Positions 36,177-49,568 of a DNA stretch of 64,000 nt are shown here, in pieces. Position numbers and translations under genes: made by a program. Below the pieces are notes generated by a model. It had not been told where the DNA came from. It saw nothing but the letters and a program-made list of their open reading frames with translations, and searched no databases. Location of the stretch: positions 21,142,001 through 21,206,000 of the forward strand of contig OZ024753.1 in NCBI GenBank assembly GCA_964016885.1, given 5' to 3'. The stretch's first letter is position 1. Each line of letters starts with the position of its first letter. The stretch comes from Eledone cirrhosa. Its lineage: Eukaryota.

Positions 36177-36319
36177 TATATATATATATATAAGAAAATG
36201 AGGGTTTTTAAAAAGATGTCCCACATGGGTAAACTATAAGGAAAAGAAATTGAAAATGTAACTGGAGTCTTTTAAGAATATTTATTTATTTACTTTGCCG
36301 GTTTCATAGTTCTTATGAT

Positions 36320-36840
36320 TTTTAATCAAAGCAAGACTACCAACACAAACAACAGTTCCTTCTTCAAGATCCTACATCTCAGCGAGGAAGTCACCAATGC
36401 CATACACAAAGCCATGAGAAGAGAGGGCTTCAATATCAAACTAGTTCACTCTGGACCTTCCCTGCAAAGATGCCTCTCCACAAGGAAACCCCCAATGAGG
36501 ATAATGGATGAACCCTAGCCAATTTCCCTATCCGTAACACTAATTATTGCCTACGTACCTACGTAGTATACAGGCTAGAATGTAACAAGTGCAATCTATT
36601 CTACATAGGTAGTACTATTCGACCGTTACATCTCCATATTAAAGAGCATGTTAACACCAACTCCTCTTCCTTCTGAAAACTCATCATCAAATGTGGGACC
36701 GGAACAACATTACCACCACAATCTTAGCTACCGAACGCAGTATAGGCACGCTGAAAATTAAGGAAACCCTCTTAATCAAGCAATTAAAACCTAGGATCAA
36801 TAATCGAATGAAAAGAAGTGCATCAGAATGGCTAATTTAA
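36320..36840 (+). mobile_element. Penelope-like GIY-YIG fragment, preceded by an inverted terminal segment (about 36195-36318)
   Basis: VVYRLECNKCNLFYIGSTIRPLHLHIKEH ... LKIKETLLIKQLKPRINNR; the preceding minus-strand segment carries GAAACCGG (hammerhead 3' half). Confidence 0.7.
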
Positions 36841-37445
36841 AATCATGGATTCCAACATCCCAGTGGCTCGTTTCTAGACTCACTCACACACATACAGATC
36901 TTTTCTATGCAGGTTTAGCTTGCAAATTATGAGAGTGCATCTCATAGGGGGTATCTTTGGTGTTTCTAATGATAGGGACTTCAGCCCTACCATATCACCA
37001 TTTTTTTTCAGTGACAGGAATCAGGATTTGAACTCAGAATGCACGCATAACCAGAACCAGATTTTCTCCAATGTTCCAACATTTCTGCTAATCCACCATC
37101 TTCAATCGCCACTCAAAAAAGATGAAATACAAAATTGACCTTGACAAGGGTTTTTATTCAGAGCGGGATGAACGAGAGATAAACCAAGTTATAAATAAAA
37201 TTAAATGTTCTGATTCCTGCCCAAAGATACAATGAAGTTCTTTGTAGCAGCTGTGCAGTCATGCATGAGCTGATACTGCAATTCTTTATGTAGTTCTTTT
37301 TAAACATGACAAAATGGTTAAGTGGTTGGCATTACGAATTAAGAATTTAGTAATATAACAGCTGCTTTTTAATAATTAAAAAAAAATTTTTTCAAAGAAT
37401 GATCCAATTCACAACCATTATTTAATTAGAATAATGGTTGTGAAG

Positions 37446-38215
37446 GGCGGTGGATTGGCAGTATGGGTAGAGGGTCGGACGCCATGCTTTCCAGCATAGT
37501 TACGTCCCTTTACGATCTGAGTTCAAATCCCGCCGAGGTTGACTTTGCCTTTCATCCTTACGGGGTTGATAAAATAAAGTACCAGTAATGCACTGGGTAA
37601 TTGCTGGCCTTGTGCCTAAAGTAGAAACAATTATTTAATTAGAATAACTCATATAGCTAAAATGAAATTACTTCCTTAATTTATTGATTATAAAATATTA
37701 TTTTCAACCTGTTTATTTCAAAATGTCTCAGTAAATTGAAGTAATTTCATTTCTTTGTAATTATGTAATATGAAATAGGGAATTCAGAATAAAACTAACC
37801 AACATCCATCGGATTGGTAGTATCGGTAGAGAGTCGAATGCTATGCTTTGCAGCACAGTTACGTCCCTTTACGGACTGAGTTCAAATCCCGTCGAGGTTA
37901 ACTTTGCCTTTCATCCTTACGGGGTCGATAAAATAAAGTACCAGTAATACACTGGGATAATTGCTGGCTTTGTGCCAAAAAGTAGAAACAATTATTAATA
38001 TTGTAGATTGGCAGTATCGGTAGAGGGTCACACACCATGCTTTGCAGCATAGAGTTGCGGCCCTTTATGATCTGAGTTCAAATTCCGCTGAAGTTAATTT
38101 TGTCTTTCATCCTTACGGGGTCAATAAAATAAAGTACCAGTCACGCACTGGGGTCAATTTAATCGATTTGCCCTCCCCAAAAATTGCTGGCCTTGTGCCT
38201 ATATAAGAAACCACT
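37446..38215 (+). mobile_element. Three tandem SINE A copies (37446-37633, about 37811-37995, about 38003-38215)
   Basis: Head, core and tail repeated; the first copy has TSD attatttaattagaataa. Confidence 0.85.
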
Positions 38216-38329
38216 ATTATTATTATTATTATTATTATTATTGGAGTCTCAATCATTGATGTTATTTAACAGGAAAATTTGTTCAAATGAACATCAAGCC
38301 GTTACCTGTAGCCTCAGATATTCAGGATG

Positions 38330-38930
38330 TATCGGAGTGTTGTTGCTGTTCCCAGCAAGCATCCCAAGCAAGCAGTTCCAAATCCTTTTAACTCCCACTT
38401 TAAATCCTGGTATCGGTTAATTTTCTCCTTCTCTTTTTCTTGCACTCTAGTGTCAATGGTACAGGCTACATTTACAATCAGGCACGATCTCTTTTCTCAA
38501 AAACCACCAAGTCAGACCTATTGTGTTCTAATTTTCTTGTCTGTCTGTAACCTGAAATCCCATAGCACCTTCACTTGATTGTTTTCTATCACCAATTCTG
38601 GCTTCTCAGAATGTAAATTATTCAGTTTGCATAAATGCTAGTGAATCACCTTTCCTATTATATCATGCCTCCAACCTTTATAGTGAGTCTGCGTTAGGTG
38701 TTTACACTTGAATACGATATGAGCCACAGGCTCCTCACTCTCTCACAAATCCTACAGAGTGAGCTAGCCTCCTCCTTGTCAATATGGTGTTTCACCCATT
38801 TCGTTCTGAGGGTTTGCTCTTGTGCAGCCTTTAGCATTCCTTTGTTCAAACATGGATACCACAAAAGAGAGAGAGCACTGTCAGACAACTCAGAGGGAAG
38901 GAGACTTTGTCAACATCTCAACAAGACAGT
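38330..38930 (-). mobile_element. R4/Dong-type LINE 3' fragment
   Basis: AAQEQTLRT..VKHHIDK...SSLCRICE, then RHD..G..IH and WDF.....RPDL-like sequence. Confidence 0.7.
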
Positions 38931-41900
38931 GTTCTAGCAAAGATGAATACAAAAGAAAATATTACGAAAGAAAAGAGAAACAATATCCTTTTAATGATAT
39001 TGTTTCAGATTTTAAAATATCAAATAGTACTAACACAAACAACACCAACAATAACACAAACAACAACACCAACAATAACACAAACAACACCAACAATAAC
39101 ACAAACAACAACACCAACAATAACACCAACAATAATATCAACAACAAAACCAACAACAACACCAACAACAACACCAACAATAACACCAACAACAGCAACA
39201 ACGAAAATAACAGCGATAAGGTCAAGAAAGACAATAACAATGACAATAGCCACAACAATAACAACAGCAATAGTATCAACGAAAACAACAATAATAACAA
39301 CAACAATAGCAGCAGCAACAGTATCAACGAAAACAACAACAATAACAAGATCAATAACAGTAACAACGATCCCAGCACCAACAACAAGACCAGTAGCAGC
39401 AGTAACGGCAGCAATAATGATGCCGCTGAAAAAGGGGCCACTTCTTTTGCGGGTGTGGCCCGAAATATAGAGACAGTGGTAGTCACAGAAGAGGAGATGG
39501 CAGTTGCAAGGGCCATGGTGACTAGAAAAGCCAATCGAGTCTCCCTGAAACCTCCACCCAATTTTTTCGAGGACCAGCAGCTACAGACGGTGATTTACCG
39601 CACTGTAAGCAAAAGAACACATCAGGTGGAGAGAGCCTCAGAGCAGTGGCAACAACACCAGTAGCCACAGTTGCAGTAGCTACACCAGTGACAAAATTGA
39701 CAGAGCGGGCTCCACTACCACCACCAACAGCCGTGGAGCTCATACCCCTCCCAGACCCTACAGAATCTGAAATGGAAGATGAAGCGGGAGTAGAGTGGCA
39801 AAAGGTCTGCCACAAAAAAAACCCTTTAGCTTCACCCTCCAAAAGCGAGGGCGAACAAAGAGGAGTAAAAGCTGCAAGCCAACTTGCAGCAACACCACCA
39901 CCATCACCACTACAAGCATCACTACCAACAACAACTACACCACCACCAACATCACCACAGACACCAACATTGCAAACACAACAAGGCACACATAGATGTG
40001 GTGGCCATCAACGACACCAGAATTTCTGAAGCACGAGCCTTCGCACCGATCTTCAGCGGCTACGATATATATGCATCTCCCAGCTGTCCGGGAGCGGGAT
40101 GGCAGAGTTGCTGTGCTTTTTCGGAGAGGCTTGGATCATACCATACAGGCCATCTTCCTGGACCCAGAAGGTAAGTCGGTGGTGCTGGATGTTACTGGCA
40201 GCGAAGGCAATGCTTTCAGGCTAGTAGCCATCTATGCTACAACAGGGGCAGGATGGCCTCTTCTTCAGACGTCTACGGACCTTTCTGGGAACGTTCCGCT
40301 CTTTGGTGTTAGTGGGCGACTGGAATGGTATCTTAGATGCATGCTGGGATTATGTGGGGCTAGTAAATAAGGGAGAAGGATGTAAAAGCCTCACCAACCT
40401 GCTCAGACGTTTTCAACTGTTAGACAGATATCGACTGGATTATCCGAATGTGCCATGGGCAAATCGCATCGGATCATCCACATCGTATTTAGATAAGGTA
40501 TTCTGTAGAGAAACAGATAAGACTAGCGTAAGTTATCCACAGTTTAAAGTAGTCGACTATACGGACCAGATATTTGTGATCTGTGAAGTCGACTTAGATA
40601 GACTTCATAGGCAAGGACCCGGTTACAGGAAGCTGAACGCGTTGTTCCGGTCGTGCAAAGCTTACAGAGACTGGATAAGCGAATTAGTTAAGTGAGTGTT
40701 GACAGGTGCAATCATCAACAATAGGTGGTGGTTTACCCTGAAAAAGGAAATTAGCGTAGAATCGATAAGGTTTAGCAAAGGAGTAGTGATAGAGGAAAAT
40801 AGAGTAGAGAGAGAGCTAGTTAAAAAGCTGGAAGAGGCATTTAGGACAGGCATCGCAACCGATGTGCTTGCGACAAGATTGGCACTCAACCAATTCTTCA
40901 GTGCAAAGCTTGAAGACTGTGTTGTCAGAGCTAGAGCGCGTGCTCTGAGACATGAGGGGACAAAAGCCATCCAATGGGCCCAGTTGGTGGAGGTGCGACG
41001 TGGCAACAAGTCCATAATTCAATCCTTGCCTAACCAAAACGGGCGTATGTTACTTAAACCTGAGCACATGTGTGAGGCTTTTCAGCAGCACTTTGCTCAA
41101 CTGTTTGGGAGCGGCAGCGGCGGTGAGCCAGATCGGAGTATGAACTTCAGTGCATACCTCGAGGGACTGCTGAAGCTGCGACGACCGCATTGCAGTGCTG
41201 CAAAATGCCGATAACAGCAGTTGTGAGGGTGAATCGTCACCTGTCACAGCCATTCAGCATCATGCGCTCGGTCCGCCAGGGTTGTCCCCTCTCGTCACTT
41301 TTGTACTTATTGGCTCTCGAGCCGTTACTGCACAAATTTGAGGCGATGAGAGGCGTCCCACGCGAACTGGGATGTGGGAGATCCATATCGGCTTATGCCG
41401 ATGACATCAACGTGGTGGTGTCAAGCACTGGACATTCGAGATGTTCGGCACCACTCTCAAGGAATACGAAGCAGTGACAGGAGCAAAATTAAACCAGGGT
41501 AAGTCAGTGGGCTTGCAACTCAGCACCTGGGGAGGCAAGACCATGTTGTCTGACAGCATTGTGGGGTGCTGGATGGAAGGACTAGTTAAATTGCTCAGGG
41601 TCTGGTTCGGTCCAGACCTCCAGATGGAGAAAAACTGGAGCAAGGTGATGAGCAGGGTGGCCTCTCTCTCCCAGAAATGGGCCAAGAGGAAACTGTCTCT
41701 GAAAGGTTGGGCGGAGGTGGTGAATGCATTCATTACCTCCGTCATCTGCTAATGCATCACCTCCGTCATCTCCATTGTACCTTGCCCCGGCCCAACTCTG
41801 ACAAAAATGAAGTGCCTCCTCTTCCACTTTTTATGGAAGGGACGTGCTCCCATGGTCAGACGATCCATCTGCTGTCAACACCCATTGCATGGAGGACTGG

Positions 41901-43035
41901 GCATACCATGGCTGATGATGCACAAACACACGCTGAGGCTGCAACATCTCTGGTGCTTCCTTGATGGTGAACTGGTGTTGTTGCTGTTTGCCAGGCGTGT
42001 TTTTCCCCAGCTCGTCTCAAATACGGAGCTGCAGTTCTGGATCAGGAAAAGACCAAGGGATAGTGCTTCAAAGCTGGAATTTCTCCAAGCGCTCACAATC
42101 TTCTTCAAGCTGGGCACTCAGTGTTCTATAGAGGAATAGTGGAGAGGAAGAGCGACAACGTTCTCAGGGAGACTCTGGGCATCGAAGACGATCAGCTGTT
42201 CGCTCTCTTCAAGAGAACTTTCAGCCCAGGTTCTATGAACAACTTCCAGAAATGCCTGGCCTGGCAGTGCTACCACGGAGCATTGTCGGTTCGAGATAAA
42301 CTCTACAGGCACAGAAGTGCCTTCAGCCGAACCTGTCCAAGATGCGCACAGAGCAACGAAACCGTCCTGCATGCACTCGTTCAGTGCCCGAACATTGTTG
42401 ACTTGTGGGGCTATGTCAAACAGTTGCTGTCGCATGTAGGACGGATCTGGTTATCGACTGAGTAAATTGTGCAGATAGCCCTGCCATCCTCCCTTAAGAA
42501 GGACCAAGGGCAGGCAGTTTTCATCTGCCTGATGGCCATGGCAAAAGAGATGGTGTGGTGAACAAGGCTAAAAGGATTGAAAATGGACACTTTCCTCTTC
42601 GGCAAATCCCTGATTAACTTTTTCAAATTTCATTTGAAAAGGAAAATCAGGGTGGAGAGGCCAGTGCTGTCTTCTAGTAAGTTTGTTGAAAGGTGAGTGA
42701 AAGTGGCAAATCTGGTCCGAGTAAACAGGCCCACTCAGAGTAAGCACCTGTAGACTGAGGAGTGGTACAACTAAGAGAGTGCACTTGCCCTGGTCGTCAG
42801 GGTGGCAGTGATCTTTTGTGTGGTTTTTTGCCACAAGAGACCCTCGGAGGTTTCCCCCCTATTGGCGAATTTTTGTTGTTTGAATTTTTTTATTTGTTTT
42901 TACACATTTCTATCTTCTCATTATAACCTTTTTACACAGCCAAAACCCATTTTGTATCGTCCTGTATAAGTTCTGTGATGTCTGTCATGATTTTCTACAT
43001 GTTAGCCCTTGTGGTCAATAAAGAAATCATTATTA
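38930..43035 (+). mobile_element. Degenerate Tx1/L1-type LINE (Asn-rich ORF1 remnant, APE, partly deleted RT, zinc knuckle)
   Basis: LVGDWNG, SVRQGCPLS, AYADD and CPRC...ETVLHAL.QC; tail cccttgtggtcaataaagaaatcattatt. Confidence 0.85.
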
Positions 43036-43043
43036 CAAAAACT

Positions 43044-43772
43044 TGGCAGTGCTACCGAGGAGCTTTGCCAGTTCGGGATAAACTCTACAGGCATGGAAGT
43101 GCCGTCAGCCGGGCATGTCCAAGATGCGCGCAGGGCGACGAAACCATCCTGCACGCACTCGTTCAGTGCCCGAGCATTGCTGACTTGTGGGTTTATGTCG
43201 AACACCTGCTGTCGCATGCAGAACGGATCCGACTACTAGCTGAGTCCATCGTGAGGATTGCCCCGCCCTCTTCCTTTATCCGGGAAGGGTAAGCAGTTTT
43301 TATCTGTCTGGTGGCCATGGCGAAAGAGATAGTATGGTGGATACATCTGAAAGGGTTGAAGACGAGCACTTACCTCTTCGGTGATGCCCTGATTAACTTT
43401 TTTAAATTTCATTTGAAAAGGAAAATTAGGGTAGAGAGGGAAGTGTTCTCTTCCCAGGATTTTGTTGAAAGATGGGTGAGAGAGGCAAGAATGGCCTGAG
43501 TATGCGCCTGTAAATTGAAGGTGGAAAACTGGGAGAGGGCACTTGCCCTGGTGGTCAGGGTCACCGTGGCTTTTTTAATGGGTTTTCTCCACGATGGCCC
43601 TCAGAAATCTCCCCCCAATTGGGGAATTTTTCATTGTTTCTTTTTTGTCACATCCTCTGTTTTTGTTTTTTTTTACACGCAGAAATGCCCATTTGTACCA
43701 TCCTGTATTGTCCTGTATTGTCCTTAATGTCTTACTTTGTGTAAACCCTTGTGGTTAATAAAGAAATCATTA
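43044..43772 (+). mobile_element. 5'-truncated Tx1-type LINE inserted at the tail of the previous copy
   Basis: Starts at WQCYRGALPVRDKL; attattacaaaaact duplicated at both flanks. Confidence 0.85.
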
Positions 43773-43829
43773 TTACAAAAACTCTATTATTATTATTATT
43801 ATTAAAATAATAATGGAAATAATAATAAT

Positions 43830-44000
43830 AATTGTTTCTACTTTTGGCACAAGGCCAGCAATTACCCAGTACATTACTGGTACTTTATTTTATCAACCCC
43901 GTAAGTATGAGAGGTTAACTTTGCCTTTCATCCTTACGGAGTCGATAAAATAAAGTACCAGTAATTGCTGGCCTTGTGCCAAATGTAGAAACAATTATTA
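43830..44000. mobile_element. Two head-to-head truncated SINE A copies
   Basis: Minus copy 43830-43905 and plus copy 43912-44000. Confidence 0.75.
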
Positions 44001-47000
44001 TTGCCACCACCTTCACCAAAACGAAAACAAATAAAACCACACCAACAAAATGTTAAAAACTTTGTGCTTGTCAGAAGGGCCAATGATAAACTGATGGCCC
44101 TCTTAGCGCGAAGCGAGGACATTCAAACAGAGGGGGAGATTTTTGAAATGAGCACATTTTGCGTGCCAGAAGATTTGCTTCTGGTCCGAATGTCACTCAA
44201 TTCTTTCAAAGAAATTCGAGAGAGCTTTCCTCAAGACGTGGGAAACCCGAATGTGAAACCCACATCAAGACTTTTAAAGGGGTTCCCAAAAGAAACCCCA
44301 CCAACCATGGAGGTCGAACCACCCGACCTTCACAAGACCCGGGAGGTAAGTAAACCTTCCCTCTCTCTCTCTTAGCTTACCAATATGGCCATATTAAGAG
44401 TAGGAAGTTTAAATGTTCGCGGCCTGGGGTCACCCTGGAAGCAGGGTCGCCTGCTCAACGACCTCCGGTCGCTGGAAATGGATGTGATTGCCGTAAGCGA
44501 GACCAGAATTTCCGACACGCGTGCACTAGCCCCCATTTTCGACGACTATCAGATCTTCGCATCTGTTAGCAGGCCGGGAATGGGGGGGTGGGGTGGCAGC
44601 GCTGTTTAGGAAAGGACTGGATCTCGAGGTAAGGTCGATCTTCCGGGACCCGGACGGTAAGTTGGTGGTCTTGGATGTGAGCAGTAGCAAAGGTGGTGCC
44701 TTTAGACTGCTGGCCGCCTACGCCCCTACAGGGGCCGGACGACCTGACTTCTTTAGGCGCCTGGAGACCTTTCTGGGTACGTCTCGCCCTTTACTGTTAG
44801 CGGGGGACTGGAATGGCATCTTAGACGCACGCTGGGATTGTGTGGGAGTAGCCGATAGGAGCGGGGGGTGCAAAAGCCTCAAGCACCTACTCAGCCAGTT
44901 CCAACTGTCTGACAGGTATCGACTAGATTTCCCCAATGTGCCAGTATGGACATGGACCAACCGAATGGGGTCATCTAGATCGTATATAGACAGAATCTTC
45001 ATTAGGAAAATAGATAGAAATAGTGTGGGCTGTCCACTTTTTAAAACGGTTGCCTATTCAGATCACAAATTTGTGATCTGTACAGTCGACCTAAATAAAA
45101 CGCGTAGGTTAGGACCGGGTTACTAGAAGCTGAACATGTCATTTCCGGCACGTAAGGCTTACAGGGACCGAGTCAATAAGTTAGTTAAGCAAAAGTTGAC
45201 AGGGGGGATCATCAACAACAGATGGTGGGGGGCTCTCAAAAGAGAGATTAGAGTAACTTCGATAGAGTTCAGCAAAGAACTAGCGTTCGAGAAAAATAGA
45301 AAGGAGGGGGAGCTGGTAGATAAGTTAGACAAGGCTATTTGTAGTGGCATCGCAACTGACGTGCTAGCGGCGAGAATGGCATTAGACCATTTCTTCAATG
45401 CCAAACACGAAGGTTGCATTGTCAGAGAGCTAAGGCGCGTGCGCTGAGAAACGAGGGAACTAAAGCTGTTTGATGGGCCTGCGTGGCGGAGGCGCAGCGT
45501 GGTAATAAAACCACAATTCGGTCTTTGGCGGACCGAGACGGACACGAGATAAGCGATTCCAAGCGGATGTGTGAGGTCTTTCGCCAGCACTTTGCTCGGT
45601 TGTTCGGGGAGAGTGGCGGGTCAGAGAGAGTAGCGGATTTCAGTCCCTACCTTGACGGCTTGCCGCGCATCTCGACGGTCGACGCTGAGCACTGCGAAAG
45701 GCCGATTACTTCAGCCGAAATTCAGGACGCCCTTGTCGGCTGCATGAGGCGCAAGTCACCAGGCTTGGATGGCCTGCCCTACGAGCTTTACGTAAATATG
45801 CCAGACTTGTTCTCCGAACTCCTTGAAGCACTCTACTGTAACTGGCAGCAGAATGGGAGTATTCCCAGTTCTGTGAGCAGGGGAGTGGTGACGCTGATAA
45901 GGAAAGACGAGAACAAGAGGGATACATTAGACAACTTCAGGCCCATAACTCTGCTCAACACAGAGTTTGAGATTTTGGCCAAGGTGTTAGCAAAGAGATT
46001 GGCGCTTGTCGTCGAGGATTTGGTTGGGGAGGCGCAAACTTGCGCAATCCCAGCCAGGTCCATGCACGACAATCTCCACCTCATGCGATACATCATAGAG
46101 AGGGTAGGGTGTAAACCTGGCTTCGGTGGGGCACTGATCAATTTAGATCAATCGAAAGCATTCGATAGGGTCGACCACCGGTATCTGGAGTTTGTCCTCA
46201 AAGCAACTGGCTTCGGCCCTGTCTTTAGAAGCTGGATCGTTGCAATGCACAGCGGCACACACTCGGTGGTCAAAGTTAATGGCCACCTCTCGGAACCATT
46301 TCGGCTCTCCCGATCGGTCCGTCAAGGGTGCCCTCTCTCTTCCCTTCTGTACGTATTGACTCTCGAGCCTTTACTGTGGAAGCTGGAGCTGTTGCAGGGC
46401 ATCCCGCTCGAACCGGGACGTCGAAAGGCGGTGTCGGCTTATGCGGATGACATCACCGTGATGGTGTCGAACACCTCAGAAATCGGGGTGGTCGGCACCT
46501 TATTGAAGGAATATGAAAGGTTGACAGGAACCAAACTTAACCCGGAAAAGTCGGTGGGCTTGCAGCTCGGAACCTGGAGAGGCAAGCCCATGCCGTCCAA
46601 CAGTGTCTTGGGGCGCTGGACGGACGGACCAGTAAAGTTGCTCGGGGTTTGGTTCGGACCAGACCTCCAGGTGGAAAAGAATTGGGATGAGGTAACGAGC
46701 AGAGTAGCCAGTCTCACCCAAAAATGGGCTGGGAGGAAGCTATCACTGAAAGGTCGCGCGGAGGTGGCAAATGCGTACATCGCGTCCGTCATCTATTACC
46801 GCCTAACCGTCGTGCCTTGACCCCGTCCGCACCTCGTCAAGTTGGAACGGCTCCTCTTCAAATTCTTGTGGAGGGGACAAGTTCCGTTGGTGAGGCGGTC
46901 CATCTGCTGCCAGCACCCTCTACACAGAGGGCTGGGAATGCCGTGGCTAATGATGCGCAGACATGCGTTGAGGCTGCGACATCTCCAGATATTCTGCCTC

Positions 47001-48097
47001 AATGGTGATCAGGTGTGGTCGCCGTTTATCAGACGGGCCTTTCCGCAGCTCATTTCTTTGACTGAGCTGCAGTCCTGGGTCAAGAAGAGACCGAGACTGG
47101 GTGACTGGCACCTGGAATGTTGCCAGGCACTCACTGCCCTCTACCAAGCGGGCACTGCGATCAGTGGAACTTCCACTCTCGAGTTTTATAGAGGATTAGT
47201 GGTGGGCAAGTGCGATGACGCACTCGGAGAAGCTTTGGGCCTCGACGAAGTCGAACTGAGCAGTTTGTACCGGAGGACTTTTGAGCCGGGGACGATGGAC
47301 AATTTCCAGAAATCCCTCGCTTGGCAGTGCTCCCGGGGGGCACTGCCGGTTCGGGATAAACTCTACAGGCACGGAAGTGCTGTCAGACGGACCTGCCCAA
47401 GATGCGCACAGAACGACGAAACCGTTCTGCACGCACTTGTCCAATGTCCGTGCATTACTGACTTGTGGAGTTATGTCGAACAGCTACTGTCGCGTGTGGA
47501 ACGAATCCAGTTATCGGCCGAGTCCATAGTGAAGATCGAGCCGCCACCTTCCTTAGGTCAGGAAGAGCAGGACATTTTCCTCTGTCTGGTGGCAGTTGCG
47601 AAAGAGATTATATGGTGGACCAGGTTGAAAGGACTAAAGACAGACACTTTTCTCTTCGGCCAATCCCTCATCAACTTCTTCAAGTTTCACCTGGAAAGGA
47701 GGGTGAGGGTGGAGAGAGAAGTGCTGCCCCCCAGTACATTTGCTAAAAGGTGGGTGAATGTGGCAAGAATTGCTCGTGTGAATGGGCCTACTCTGACCAT
47801 GCGCCTATAGGCTAGCTAACTTGAGGAGAGGGGTGCTCTCCTGGGTGCCCTAGAAGCGCAGGGTGGTTCAGGATTGGTGGGGTACCCGAATCACCCCAGG
47901 GTCGTCCACCCCCTATCGGGGAATTTATTTTGTTATATTTTGCATAGTTTATTTTATATTTTATATTTTCATTGTTAAATTAGTCTTGCCATTGTGCACT
48001 TTTACTCGACCTTATTGTAAACCCCCACTGTCCCTGTCTTTGTATTGTCCCCTACATGTCGGCCCTTGTGGCTAATAAATGAAATCATTATTATTAT
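44001..48097 (+). mobile_element. Tx1/L1-type LINE with near-complete ORF2 (44385-47810; few disablements)
   Basis: GSLNVRGL, AGDWNG, SRSYIDRIF, YSDHK, KSPGLDG, NFRPITLLN, DQSKAFDRV, VRQGCPLS, AYADD, CPRC..ET..H..C; tail ggcccttgtggctaataaatgaaatcattatt. Confidence 0.92.
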
Positions 48098-48099
48098 TT

Positions 48100-48375
48100 C
48101 CATTATTATTTTTTATTGTGCATTATTACTGCTTTACCAAGCACAGCTCTGTGCACCTTGGCTGTCAGCAGTGTAGCTTTTTCTGATGCTGTTTCTATTG
48201 TATTGATAGTAGTTTTTGTAATATGTGTGCAGTGCCTAGTAGTGCTATCTTTTGTATGTTGTATATATTTGTAGGTCCTGGGGTTTTGGTTATGTATTTG
48301 TCTGTGTGTTTTATTTTGTGATTTCCAGAGCACCTATTATTATAGGTATTATTTCTGTTTTCATTTTCCACATTC
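48100..48375 (-). mobile_element. R4/Dong 3' end fragment
   Basis: Near-identical reverse complement of 54805-55075 (IQKIALLGTAHIL). Confidence 0.85.
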
Positions 48376-49568
48376 AATAGGACATTGTTTTAGGGTGGCT
48401 ATTTAAACTGTGTGTAATAGGACATTGTTTTAGGGTGACTATTTAAACTGTGTGTAATGGGACATTGTTTTAGGGTGGCTATTTAAACTGTGTGTAATAG
48501 GACATTGTTTTAGGGTGGCTATTTAAACTGTGTGTAATAGGACATTGTTTTAGGGTGACTATTTAAACTGTGTGTAATAGGACATTGTTTTAGGGTGGCT
48601 ATTTAAACTGTGTGAAATAAGACATTGTTTTAGGGTGGCTATTTAAACTGTGTGTAATAGGACATTGTTTTAGGGTGGCTATTTAAACTGTGTGTAATAG
48701 GACATTGTTTTAGGGTGGCTATTTAAACTGTGTGTAATAGGACATTGTTTTAGGGTGACTATTTAAACCGTGTGTAATAGGACATTGTTTTAGGGTGGCT
48801 ATTTAAACTGTGTGAAATAAGACATTGTTTTAGGGTGGCTATTTAAACTGTGTGTAATAGGACATTGTTTTAGGGTGGCTATTTAAACTGTGTGTAATAG
48901 GACATTGTTTTAGGGTGGCTATTTAAACTGTGTGTAATAGGACATTGTTTTAGGACGGCTATTTAAACTGTGTGAAATAGGACATTGTTTTAGGGTGGCT
49001 ATTTAAACTGTGTGTAATAGGACATTGTTTTAGGGTGGCTATTTAAACTGTGAAATAGGACATTGTTTTAGGGTGGCTATTTAAACTGTGTGAAATAAGA
49101 CATTGTTTTAGGGTGGCTATTTAAACTGTGTGTAATAGGACATTGTTTTAGGGTGGCTATTTAAACTGTGAAATAGGACATTGTTTTAGGGTGGCTATTT
49201 AAACTGTGTGAAATAAGACATTGTTTTAGGGTGGCTATTTAAACTGTGTGTAATAGGACATTGTTTTAGGGTGGCTATTTAAACTGTGTGTAATAGGACA
49301 TTGTTTTAGGGTGACTATTTAAACTGTATGCAATAGGACATTGTTTTAGGGTGACTATTTAAACTGTATGTAATAGGACATTGTTTTAGGGTGGCTATTT
49401 AAACTGTGTGTAATAGGACATTGTTTTAGGGTGGCTATTTAAACTGTGTGAAATAGGACATTGTTTTAGGGTGGCCATTTAAACTGTGTGAAATAGGACA
49501 TTGTTTTATGGTCGCTATTTAAACTGTGTGAAATAGGACATTGTTTTAGGGTGGCTATTTAAACTGTG
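48376..49568 (+). repeat. 40-bp tandem satellite (about 30 units)
   Basis: Unit aataggacattgttttagggtggctatttaaactgtgtgt, highly homogeneous; contains TTAGGG. Confidence 0.95.

Noticed and set aside
38822-39664. Asn-rich host protein
   Set aside because: Lies in the ORF1 position directly upstream of Tx1 ORF2 and is built on an (AAC) repeat; treated as part of the element
48376-49568. CRISPR array or true telomere
   Set aside because: No spacers; TTAGGG appears at most once per 40-bp unit rather than as (TTAGGG)n
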